Source of the DNA: an uncultured Thermoplasmata archaeon
GTDB taxonomy: Archaea; Thermoplasmatota; Penumbrarchaeia; JAEHCK01
Length of the DNA stretch: 25,148 nucleotides
Reading direction: 5' to 3'
Assembly: GCA_965602865.1 (NCBI GenBank)
Contig: CBFDAW010000001.1
Coordinates: 1-25,148, forward strand
Of the stretch, positions 14,361 through 22,982 are shown piece after piece; position 1 is the stretch's first letter; each line of letters opens with the position of its first letter. The position numbers and the translations under genes are program-made. The notes below the pieces were generated by a model. That model was not told where the DNA came from, made no database searches, and worked only from the letters and a program-made list of their open reading frames with translations.

Positions 14361-15212
14361 ATGGCTTTTGGATTCTTTTTAGGTTGTATTATGCCGATGC
14401 GATATCCCGGTATAGAGAGCGCTACGAGATATGTGTTTAAGGAACTGGGCGTAGAATTCGAAGATGTAGATTCATTTTCATGCTGCCCCGCACCTGGTGT
14501 TACACGCTCGTTCGATCAAAATACATGGTTGACCTTGGCGTCACGTAATTTAGCTGTAGCCGAGGAGAAGAATTTGGATATTATCGTTATCTGTAACGGA
14601 TGTTATGGATCATTATTCGATGCAGCACATATTCTTAAAGATGACCCGGAGAAACTTGAAATTATCAATAAATCCCTGGGCGAGATTGGAATGGAATATA
14701 AAGCTAAAGTAAATGTCCGCCATTTTGCAGATGTATTTTACAATGACATCGGTGTAGAAGCTATTAAAAGTAAGGTGAAAAAAGAGATGGATCATATTAA
14801 TGCTGCAATACATTACGGCTGTCACTTTTTAAAACCCAGTAAATTTAAGAATCTGGACGATCCCGAACGACCAAAGTTACTGGAAGAGCTTACCGAAGCA
14901 GTAGGTGCCGTAAACATAGAATATAAGGATAAAAATATGTGCTGTGGCGCCGGTGGTGGGGCTCGAGCAAGAGTACCTGAGATGGCGTTGGATATTACAA
15001 AAGACAAATTGGACAATATCAAGAAAACCGAAGCAAATTGCATTCTGAATGTATGTCCATTTTGTCATTTACAGTATGACCGAGGTCAGAAAGACCTGGG
15101 CGAGGGATATAATTTACCGGTATTACATCTTTCACAACTCTACGGTATGGCATTTGGAATTGATAATAACAAATTAGGGCTGGACACTCATTATATACCG
15201 GTTAATCTTTGA
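14361..15212 (+). CDS. hdrB: Heterodisulfide reductase subunit B
   Basis: Two CCG domains: FLGCIMP...SCCPAPG...CNGC and HYGCH...CCGAGGG...CPFC. ATG 1 nt after the hdrC stop, with a GGTGGTGA SD. Confidence 0.94.
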   Translation: MAFGFFLGCIMPMRYPGIESATRYVFKELGVEFEDVDSFSCCPAPGVTRSFDQNTWLTLASRNLAVAEEKNLDIIVICNGCYGSLFDAAHILKDDPEKLEIINKSLGEIGMEYKAKVNVRHFADVFYNDIGVEAIKSKVKKEMDHINAAIHYGCHFLKPSKFKNLDDPERPKLLEELTEAVGAVNIEYKDKNMCCGAGGGARARVPEMALDITKDKLDNIKKTEANCILNVCPFCHLQYDRGQKDLGEGYNLPVLHLSQLYGMAFGIDNNKLGLDTHYIPVNL

Positions 15213-15226
15213 ACTCTCCAACCCTC

Positions 15227-15240
15227 TTTTTTATTTTTAT
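15227..15240 (+). terminator. Putative archaeal oligo-T terminator after hdrB
   Basis: ttttttatttttat starts 15 nt after the hdrB stop. Confidence 0.45.
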
Positions 15241-15285
15241 TACTATTTATTTATAACCACTAATATAGTATAATGAGGTTGCTAG

Positions 15286-15558
15286 ATGGTATACATAGCA
15301 AAAATAATAACAGTAGCCAAGTATAAAAATATCACTGAAAAACTCAAACCTTTTGTAAATTTCCATAGTGGAGTGGAAAAGTTAGATATTTCCAATGAGG
15401 ATGAGATCGCAATATTACAAATAGAAGGCACGGAAAGTTATTATCCGATCTTTTTAAAGACCAAGCCAACAATTGAACAAATCGAAGCCAGGCTTGAAAA
15501 ACTGGAGACAAAGCTCAATTCAGATGCAAAAAAATTATTATTACATTATTTAGAATAG
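15286..15558 (+). CDS. Hypothetical protein, 90 aa
   Basis: ATG start with gaggt upstream, protein-like composition, C-terminal amphipathic helix. Family not recognised. Confidence 0.65.
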   Translation: MVYIAKIITVAKYKNITEKLKPFVNFHSGVEKLDISNEDEIAILQIEGTESYYPIFLKTKPTIEQIEARLEKLETKLNSDAKKLLLHYLE

Positions 15559-15571
15559 AATTAATTTATGC

Positions 15572-15619
15572 TGATTAGTCGAGAGTCGGGGATGAGCTGA
15601 TGATGATTAGTCGAGAGTC
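15572..15619. repeat. 16-bp direct repeat, two copies at a 32-bp period
   Basis: tgattagtcgagagtc at 15572-15587 and 15604-15619. Confidence 0.85.
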
Positions 15620-15643
15620 CATAGAGGTATGAGGGAGGATGGG

Positions 15644-15897
15644 CATATGCGCTAACTTAATAATAAAAATATTACGTAAAAAGATTAATCTCAAGCAGAA
15701 TTTCAAATAAAGTGATAGACATTAAGTACGAAATTCGAATCTCTAAACTCTAAACAAATCCGAAATAAGAATGCCCCAAACTAGTTTTTCTTACTGTAGT
15801 TTGGAATTTAGGAATTAGTATTTGTTTAAGATTTAGAATTTCGGATTTAGAATTTTTTTCATTTTTATCTTAAAAAATACTTAAGTTAGCGCTTATG
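15644..15897. mobile_element. Non-autonomous MITE, 254 bp, 17-bp TIRs, 11-bp target-site duplication
   Basis: Left end catatgcgctaacttaa (15644-15660), right end ttaagttagcgcttatg (15881-15897), 16/17 complementary. Flanked by identical gggaggatggg at 15633-15643 and 15898-15908. No transposase ORF inside. Confidence 0.88.
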
Positions 15898-15919
15898 GGG
15901 AGGATGGGTAATCGTATGA

Positions 15920-16102
15920 GAAATACCAAATCCAATATCTAAATCCAAAATCCAAACTCAAATTTTGGATTTTAAGTTTGGGGGTTAGAATTCTGATTTT
16001 AATCATGATCATCGTTAAAAGAATTCTAAGCTACAACAAAAATAAGAATCCAATATTTATTAATCTTATTTTTGTGCTAATATTTGGATTTTAATTTGGG
16101 TG
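15920..16102. repeat. Degenerate heptamer-repeat hairpins
   Basis: (c/t)aaaatc-like units followed by their complements. Perfect 10-bp IR aaaatccaaa (15947-15956) / tttggatttt (15964-15973), and a further imperfect pair aatccaatatt / aatatttggatt near 16048-16091. Confidence 0.65.
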
Positions 16103-16186
16103 TTTTCTTGGGGCAGAAAATTTTATATTTTATTATTAATAATTTCTTACAATTTTCTGGCAGGAAAATTTTCCTTCTGATGGATA

Positions 16187-16305
16187 ATTATAACTAAAAA
16201 AATTAACCTTACAGTATGTTGAAATTATATAGAAAAAGATTTATTAATATACTGGTAGGTTAATTTTAAACCTATTGGAAGATTATAACTAAAAAATTAA
16301 CCTTA
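16187..16305. repeat. 24-25-bp direct repeat, 95 bp apart
   Basis: attataactaaaaaaattaacctta (16187-16211) and attataactaaaaaattaacctta (16282-16305); they differ by one A in the run. Confidence 0.75.
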
Positions 16306-16602
16306 TAGATTTTTTAATGATTCCTGATTTGGGATTTTGAGTTTAAACTTTATATTTCTCCCTCTCATCTCAAGCGAGCGACCGAAGTGAGCGTACTCTC
16401 ACCTTACACCTAAATAAACATTTATTTTGATTAACTAAGCCCAGAATACTTTAACTCTGCACCAATTCTAAAGAAGAGCCACTTTTTTAACACCATTTAA
16501 AATGGGTTTACAATAAAAATAAAGCATTATAAACATTAGTTATTATCTTATAACTTCTTAACCGGTAATAACATTTAAGCATTATTCTGATATCCTGTTT
16601 TC

Positions 16603-16887
16603 ATGGATATAGTTTGGTTAGGATTTTTAGCAGGTGGAATTACGTCAATGGGTTTCATACCTCAATTGGTCAAAGGTTATCGAACTAAAAAATTGGACGA
16701 TATTTCATATTTTATGCCATTGGTACTTGCGTTTGGTATGCTGTTATGGCTATTATACGGTATAACCCAAAATGATCATGCAATTATCGCGGCGAACTCC
16801 GTTGGTATTGGTTGTAATATAATACTAATATTAATGAAAAAAAATTATGAATATATTTCCAAGCATACCAAGCGTAATAACATTTAA
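16603..16887 (+). CDS. SemiSWEET / PQ-loop family sugar transporter
   Basis: 94 aa, 3 TM, FIPQLVKGYRTKKLDDIS, LWLLYG and IIAAN signatures. tttaag TATA-like box about 25 nt upstream suggests a leaderless transcript. Confidence 0.92.
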   Translation: MDIVWLGFLAGGITSMGFIPQLVKGYRTKKLDDISYFMPLVLAFGMLLWLLYGITQNDHAIIAANSVGIGCNIILILMKKNYEYISKHTKRNNI

Positions 16888-16937
16888 TAGCAATCATTAT
16901 ATTTGGAATCATAAACTCAATCATACTCGGTGAGACC

Positions 16938-17678
16938 TTGACCAAAAATTCAAGTAAATCGTCGATTAAAACCCGAAATAAAACAAAAAAACCAAAAGTA
17001 ACCGTAATCATCCCCACATTAAACGAGGAAAAATCAATCGGTCAAACCCTTGATGAGATACCTAAAGATTTTGCCGATCTTGAAATAATGATCATAGATG
17101 GTCTATCAAAAGATCGCACCGTAGAGATCGTGCGTAAAAAAGGTGCAAAGGTCATCCTGGAGAAACGCAAAGGTTATGGAAGAGCATATAAAACCGGGTT
17201 TAAAAAAGCAAAGGGGGATATAATAGTAACTCTTGACGGCGACACCACATATCCCGCGGATGATATCCCGCGAGTGGTTCGAATGCTGCTCGATGATGGT
17301 CTGGACTTTATTACTTGCGATAGATTAAGCACACTAAAAAAAGAAGCAATGACAGCAAAACACAGGCTTGGTAATTGGGTCCTGGCAAAGACCACAAATA
17401 TATTATTCGGTATGAAGATCAAAGACTCGCAATCAGGAATGTGGGTCTTCAAACGTAAGATCCTGGATAAGCTACGTGTCACCTCAGACGGTATGCCGTT
17501 ATCCGAGGAGATCAAAATCGAGGCTTTTAAAAATAAAGAAATCAAAGCAAAGGAGATTCCCGTAGAATATCGTATACGGATCGGCGATATAAAACTCGAT
17601 ACCTGGGGGGACGGAATAGGTAACTGGAAATTTTTATTCAGAAAACGTTTCAGAAAAAAGACTCTACAGGCAGATTAA
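16938..17678 (+). CDS. GT2 glycosyltransferase, polyprenol-phosphate (DPM1-like) type
   Basis: VIIPTLNEE, IIDGLSKDRT, KGYGRAY, LDGDTTY (DxD), DSQSGMW. GGTGA SD before the TTG. Confidence 0.92.
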   Translation: MTKNSSKSSIKTRNKTKKPKVTVIIPTLNEEKSIGQTLDEIPKDFADLEIMIIDGLSKDRTVEIVRKKGAKVILEKRKGYGRAYKTGFKKAKGDIIVTLDGDTTYPADDIPRVVRMLLDDGLDFITCDRLSTLKKEAMTAKHRLGNWVLAKTTNILFGMKIKDSQSGMWVFKRKILDKLRVTSDGMPLSEEIKIEAFKNKEIKAKEIPVEYRIRIGDIKLDTWGDGIGNWKFLFRKRFRKKTLQAD

Positions 17679-17689
17679 ACGGTTATTTA

Positions 17690-17899
17690 TTATTTTTCTT
17701 TTTTTTTCTTTTTAATGTCGATCACCCCGTCATCGTCCATTTCCAGAACATCTTCAGCTAGCAATTTCGTAACTGTTTCTGTAACAACTTCACGAAGGTC
17801 ATCGGACTTGGCTATTACCAAATCGGGTGCATCCGGTTTTATATTTTTCTTGGCTTGCGTTCTGTCCTTCTTGGATTTTTTATTCTTATTTTCTGACAT
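17690..17899 (-). CDS. Small hypothetical protein, 69 aa, basic termini and acidic core
   Basis: ATG at 17899 with gtgagga upstream. Fills the gap convergent with the GT2 gene. Family not recognised. Confidence 0.55.
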   Translation of the reverse strand: MSENKNKKSKKDRTQAKKNIKPDAPDLVIAKSDDLREVVTETVTKLLAEDVLEMDDDGVIDIKKKKKEK

Positions 17900-18173
17900 A
17901 ATATATAAATCCTCACATGGGTTAATTTCCAAACCATTTCCTAAATTATAGAAATATGTAATAAGTTATTGATACTTAAAATATTAGATTACTCAAAGTA
18001 TTATCTTAGTAATTTATTAAGGTAAAAAATATGTGGTTTTCATAATGTTTCTATAATAATTAATACTAAATAAGTAATATCCTTCTCCAGATAGCCGGGA
18101 TAGGTATTTATTTATTAATATTGCATAATTCCACAAATCTTCTATAGAACCGTAATTTGAAAAGGCGGCAAAT

Positions 18174-18704
18174 ATGGAGAATATAATCTCGTATAAACAT
18201 AAAAGACCGAAAATAGAAAGTGGTGCATATATAAATCCTTATGCCATTGTAATTGGTGATGTAACCATTCATACCGGTGTTTCACTTTGGCCCGGTGTGA
18301 TCATACGCGCGGATGATGATCATGTGGAGATAGGCAGAGCTGCCGCAATACTTGATAGAAGTTTTATCGAAGCCCCCCGTGGGTATCCGGTGGACATTGG
18401 AGAGAATGTATTGGTCAGTCATGGTGTAACACTTCACGGGAGCCAAGTTAAAAAGGATGTATTGATCGGGATAAGTGCGAATATACTGGATGGTGCAAAA
18501 ATCGGTGAGGAGTCGGTGATTTCGGCGGGAACACTTGTGCCGCCCAATACCACCATACCACCACGATCCAAGGTCATGGGCGTGCCCGCGAAGGTGATAG
18601 GTAAAGTGACCGATACAGAGCTTTCAGAGATGCGACTGAAACACGCCGAGATCATAGAAAAAGCACGAGAATATGGTAAATGGTTTGTGGCGAATAATAT
18701 TTGA
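18174..18704 (+). CDS. Gamma-carbonic-anhydrase family left-handed beta-helix protein (one Zn-ligand His replaced by Glu)
   Basis: VIGDVTI, WPGVIIRAD, VSHGVTLHG, ILDGAKIG and GVPAKVI match the YrdA/CaiE/PaaY pattern. Confidence 0.9.
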   Translation: MENIISYKHKRPKIESGAYINPYAIVIGDVTIHTGVSLWPGVIIRADDDHVEIGRAAAILDRSFIEAPRGYPVDIGENVLVSHGVTLHGSQVKKDVLIGISANILDGAKIGEESVISAGTLVPPNTTIPPRSKVMGVPAKVIGKVTDTELSEMRLKHAEIIEKAREYGKWFVANNI

Positions 18705-18825
18705 TAAATTGTGGTAAACTTTAAATCGTAGAATTTCATTGCGTGGTTACTCTAATCACCAAGCAAAGATGTGGAGATGTGTCCAAAAACATTATTAGGA
18801 TGAATCCATGGAATGAGGTGAGATA

Positions 18826-19416
18826 ATGGTAAAAAGTATGTATAAGTATATAGGTGATGCCTGGAAACGTCCGGGCGACGGCGAGCTGGGTGAATTAAAC
18901 TGGGAACGAAAAATCGAATGGCGAAAAAGCAAGTCTTTTGAACGAGTAGAGCGCCCCACTAGGCTGGATCGTGCGCGAAGCTTGGGATATAAAGCAAAAA
19001 CTGGGTATGTAATAGTACGCGCCCGGGTGCGCCGTGGCGGCTTACGAAAACCCACAATTAGAAGCGGTCGTAGAGCAAAACGTATGGGAACAAAAAAGCT
19101 CACCATGGCTAAAAGTATCCAACGGATAGCTGAAGAGCGCACTGCTAAGCGATACCCCAATCTTGAGGTATTGAACTCTTATTGGGTAGGTGAAGACGGG
19201 AAACATAAGTACTACGAAGTAATTCTTGTTGATCCGTATCATCCAACGATTATTAACGACCCGAAAATAAACTGGATTTGCGAACCCCAGCATAAAGGCA
19301 GGGTCTATCGCGGTCTAACTTCTGCCGGTCGCCGTGGTCGCGGGCTGAATCACAAAGGCAAAGGCGCCGAAAAGTTACGACCTTCCTTAAAAGCGCATGA
19401 TAGGAAGGGAAAATAG
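18826..19416 (+). CDS. rpl15e: 50S ribosomal protein L15e (eL15)
   Basis: [59 protein letters not shown] at 18815-18821. Confidence 0.98.
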   Translation: MVKSMYKYIGDAWKRPGDGELGELNWERKIEWRKSKSFERVERPTRLDRARSLGYKAKTGYVIVRARVRRGGLRKPTIRSGRRAKRMGTKKLTMAKSIQRIAEERTAKRYPNLEVLNSYWVGEDGKHKYYEVILVDPYHPTIINDPKINWICEPQHKGRVYRGLTSAGRRGRGLNHKGKGAEKLRPSLKAHDRKGK

Positions 19417-19660
19417 AATTATTAGGGATATTCAGGTAGATATAAATCAATTAAAATGAATAAAGTGTCTATCTAACGCTTATTTCTAATATGTAAACAT
19501 GATAGGTGAATCAAGAAACATGTTCTTTTTATAGAAAAATATTTAAATTCCGAGATATTGTATAAATGGTAGATTTACACAACAAGGGGTCGATTTCTAT
19601 ACTTCCTTTTCTTAATAACCGGGATGAATTTGCATAACAATTTAACTTATGTGATAAAAT

Positions 19661-22159
19661 ATGGCGCTTGGACAATTTAAACTCACGATTGAAGATGGAA
19701 TTTTACTCCATCTACTTCATTATTCTTCATATCGAGATGAATTTGAAGTTCCATATAATATTACCCAACCCGGTATAGCCGAAGCAATTGGCATTAGACG
19801 CAGTCATGTCTCTTATGTAATTAAAGGCTTAAAAATCAAAGGCTTTGTGGACGAGAAAATCGCTCATATTCCAAATATGGTGCGTAAGCGTAAGATTTAT
19901 TTTCTAACCGGTAGTGGTATGGACTATGCAATCAAACTGCGTAATAATGTGGAGCAAAGGTCTGTTGGGTTAATAGAAATTCAGGGAGATACTAAAAGAA
20001 TGAAATTATCCGAGGTTAACAAACAGTTATCCACTCGGGTTCCACTGTTACAATTATTCAATCTAATCTCAAAGGATAATACAATTAATTCAAAGGCAAT
20101 AGTGCAATTTGAAATAGATGATGATATAAAAGTTACTGAGCAGCAGCAAATCAAGTCTATAAATTTTATTGACAATATGACTCAACCCACTCGATTTGTT
20201 GGTAGGAGTGATGAGGTTAAAAGAATAAAGACTTGGATAGACGCCGAGCTGCCACGGATTATAGTGATCCTTGGTATCCCGGGCATTGGAAAGACCACCT
20301 TGGCGGCTAGGGTAGTTAATGAGTATTCACAAAAAAGCAGTACGAATTTATTTTGGTTTCGATTCCACGAGTGGGATACACTTAGAGGTACCTTAAGTGA
20401 TTTTGGGGAGTTTTTATCTCAATTAGGTCGGAGAAAATTAGGATTTTATTTGCAAAATCAACCAACCATCGAACTATCCGAAATTATGAAAATTATCGAA
20501 CTCGACATGCAATCTCAAAATATTCTGATGGTGTTTGATGATTTTCAAAAGAGTAATAAAGATATCGAGCAACTATTTTCCATCTTCGTGGAATTAATAA
20601 AAAAGAAAACATTTTCCAACATCAAAATAGTGATTTTAACTCGAAATAGAGTAACTTTTTATGACCGCCGACAGGTGGCAATTAAGAAATTGGTGGCGGA
20701 GTTAGAATTAAATGGTCTTGGCTCTATCGAAAGTAAACAATTATTGAACTCAGATAAAATCGAGGAATCCGAATTTGAAAAGATTTATAAATTTACTGCA
20801 GGTCATCCTCTCACTCTTGAACTAATAGGGATCCATATTTCTTCAAAGGGTGGCAAAAAGACTATTAAACTGGATTTGAATGAGTTATTCAAGGAACATC
20901 ATGATATTAATAAATATATCCGAGAGGAAATATTTTTAGGGCTTAGTGCCGCGGAGAAAAAATTGTTAGAGATGGTCTCAGTATTTCGCTATCCCGTACA
21001 ACCAGATGCGTATTTTATAGATAGTGAGATCGATTATGAATGTATCGATAAATTGGTATTTAAATCACTGATCCATGAAACAAAATCAGGATATGACTTG
21101 CATGAATTAATCAAAGAATTTTTCTATCGACGATTAACACCACAACAAAGAATTCGATATCACACCGAGGCAGCAAAATATCACTCATCAGAGTTGATGG
21201 TTAGTAACCACTCAACCGCTGAGGATTTAGCAATAACCGCGCATGATTCTATCGAAGCTCAATATCATTATTTACATGCTGGTAAATACGAGGAAGCGGG
21301 ACGATTACTGATTGAGCACGGAGAGGCGCTAATTAGCAAAGGCTATACCGAGGAATTAATCAAGATATTAATCGAATTAAAACCGGATCGGGTCTCAAAG
21401 AACACCTGGGCGGAATTGTTGATACATAATGGTTTAATCCTAACCATAAATGGTGAATGGGATAAGGCAATGAGATGTTATCAAGATAGTTTACAAATTA
21501 GTAGATCCCTGGAAAATAATTGTGGTATTGCCAGAGCTAATAATGCCATTGGTGTTATTTATTATCGAAAAGGTGATTGGAAAAGGGCGATGAAATATTA
21601 TAAACAAGGATTAGATCTTGCAGAAGCTGAACTCGATGACCAAAATTGTTCGAAACTGAATAGTAACCTTGCTCTGATCCATTGGGGGAATGGTGACCTG
21701 GACCTAGCCATTGATTTAAACATTAAAAGCCTGGGGCTAGCAAAAAAACTGGGTGATAAAAAGGGGATCGCCAGAACTTATAATAATCTGGGCATTATTT
21801 ATTGGGAGAAACATAAGTTCGATGAAGCAATAGATTCGTACAATAAAAGCCTGGGAATTTCCATGGAATTGGGTGATAAGCAAACTATTGCGATTTTGTA
21901 TGATAATCTTGGCGAAGCATATCGCCTAAAGGAAGATATACAAACCGCTGAAGAGTTCTATCACAAGAGCCTATCATTATCCGAGGACCTGGGGTTCAAG
22001 TGGCAGATTGCCGAGGTGAATTGTAACCTTGGAATTTTGTACAAGAATTCTGATAAGCATAAGAGTAAAAAATATCTCGATACCGCACTGGAACTGTATA
22101 CAGCCTTGGGTGCGAAACGCGAGGTCGAGAAAATCAAAGGGATTTTTGAAAATCGGTAA
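19661..22159 (+). CDS. Winged-HTH + STAND (NB-ARC-like) NTPase + TPR-repeat protein
   Basis: HTH TQPGIAEAIGIRRSHVSYVIKGL, Walker A GIPGIGKTT, Walker B LMVFDDFQ, GHPL motif, and tandem MalT-type TPRs (ARANNAIGVIYY, ARTYNNLGIIYW). Confidence 0.88.
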   Translation: MALGQFKLTIEDGILLHLLHYSSYRDEFEVPYNITQPGIAEAIGIRRSHVSYVIKGLKIKGFVDEKIAHIPNMVRKRKIYFLTGSGMDYAIKLRNNVEQRSVGLIEIQGDTKRMKLSEVNKQLSTRVPLLQLFNLISKDNTINSKAIVQFEIDDDIKVTEQQQIKSINFIDNMTQPTRFVGRSDEVKRIKTWIDAELPRIIVILGIPGIGKTTLAARVVNEYSQKSSTNLFWFRFHEWDTLRGTLSDFGEFLSQLGRRKLGFYLQNQPTIELSEIMKIIELDMQSQNILMVFDDFQKSNKDIEQLFSIFVELIKKKTFSNIKIVILTRNRVTFYDRRQVAIKKLVAELELNGLGSIESKQLLNSDKIEESEFEKIYKFTAGHPLTLELIGIHISSKGGKKTIKLDLNELFKEHHDINKYIREEIFLGLSAAEKKLLEMVSVFRYPVQPDAYFIDSEIDYECIDKLVFKSLIHETKSGYDLHELIKEFFYRRLTPQQRIRYHTEAAKYHSSELMVSNHSTAEDLAITAHDSIEAQYHYLHAGKYEEAGRLLIEHGEALISKGYTEELIKILIELKPDRVSKNTWAELLIHNGLILTINGEWDKAMRCYQDSLQISRSLENNCGIARANNAIGVIYYRKGDWKRAMKYYKQGLDLAEAELDDQNCSKLNSNLALIHWGNGDLDLAIDLNIKSLGLAKKLGDKKGIARTYNNLGIIYWEKHKFDEAIDSYNKSLGISMELGDKQTIAILYDNLGEAYRLKEDIQTAEEFYHKSLSLSEDLGFKWQIAEVNCNLGILYKNSDKHKSKKYLDTALELYTALGAKREVEKIKGIFENR

Positions 22160-22276
22160 AGTTGATTTTCTTTAATTTTAATTCTTTCAATTCCTACATG
22201 TAGTTTACATGTTGTGACTGGATATTTATACAAGGACTCCACCTAGTTTAAGATATAAATAATGGAGGACCGAACC

Positions 22277-22864
22277 ATGAAAATTAGAAAGCTCCGAAAG
22301 GATGACGAAAAAGGTGTGTCTCCGGTAATAGCCGTTATTTTAATGGTGGCGATTACTGTGGTGTTAGCAAGTGTGTTATATGCCTCAATAGGGCAGGTTG
22401 ACCCGCGGATTAATAGAAACAGCTCAATGAGCGCGATTACCACGGAAAAAACCACTTATTGGCTAGTTGAGATTGTGAGTGTTAGCGGCGGTACGATAAA
22501 TATAGAAGATACAAAGTTCCAGATAATAGATACATCAAATACCGTATTTTATGGTGTGGATATTAGTGAATCAAACCCATCCTCAATAACCCGAGGTAAA
22601 TCCACGATCTATCCGATTGCATCAGGGACCACTCCGGTTATCGATAATTCTACGAGTAATATAGTAACCGGTAACTCTGACCTGAACGATTATGAGAATT
22701 GCTATGTCGCCATTGTCGATCAGAACTCGGATAATAAAATAAACGCCGGAGATAATATCTGGATATACAAAGATTATAACAGTGATGGTATAAACGATAT
22801 AAAAATAAATTATAAATTTGAGATCCTGGCAGGAAGCGCCCATCTTCTAGCGGAAACGTTATAA
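22277..22864 (+). CDS. Archaeal type IV pilin (class III signal peptide)
   Basis: KIRKLRKDDEKG|VSPVIAVILMVAITVVLASVLY is the PibD/FlaK-type cleavage motif. GGAGGA SD supports the ATG at 22277. Confidence 0.92.
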   Translation: MKIRKLRKDDEKGVSPVIAVILMVAITVVLASVLYASIGQVDPRINRNSSMSAITTEKTTYWLVEIVSVSGGTINIEDTKFQIIDTSNTVFYGVDISESNPSSITRGKSTIYPIASGTTPVIDNSTSNIVTGNSDLNDYENCYVAIVDQNSDNKINAGDNIWIYKDYNSDGINDIKINYKFEILAGSAHLLAETL

Positions 22865-22893
22865 TAACTTTGGATTTTCAGCCACACCTTTAT

Positions 22894-22943
22894 TTAAACA
22901 GAGAATTCCATCAGTTCATTGACTGATGGAATTCTCTATTTAA
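22894..22943. repeat. Palindromic extragenic element, copy B
   Basis: Perfect 16-bp IR agagaattccatcagt (22900-22915) / actgatggaattctct (22922-22937), 6-nt loop, extendable to 22 bp with one mismatch. Shares an exact 19-mer with copy A. Confidence 0.92.
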
Positions 22944-22982
22944 GCCAATAATAATATATAGTGCCCAGCCAATTAATATAAT

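Noticed and set aside
13688-15212. Calling the host a methanogen
   Set aside because: hdrBC also occurs in non-methanogens, and no mcr, mtr or methyltransferase genes are in the window.
15572-15619. CRISPR mini-array
   Set aside because: Only two 16-bp units with a 16-nt spacer, too short for CRISPR, and no cas genes nearby.
15585-15625. Box C/D sRNA suggested by ctga/tgatga motifs
   Set aside because: Boxes are in the wrong order, with no downstream D box or terminal stem.
16370-16402. GC-rich gcgagcgaccgaagtgagcg motif
   Set aside because: Looks like a repeat-element remnant, but it is single-copy here and forms no convincing stem.
17690-17899. RNA polymerase Rpo6/omega-like identity for the 69-aa protein
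   Set aside because: No ARALQI-type signature; left as hypothetical.
197-22843. The many short antisense or overlapping ORFs in the track (e.g. 197-412, 228-488, 3082-3324, 5205-5510, 6714-7418, 9611-9865, 17174-17545, 18795-19160, 23665-23874)
   Set aside because: They are shadows of well-supported genes on another frame or strand, with no motifs or ribosome-binding sites of their own.
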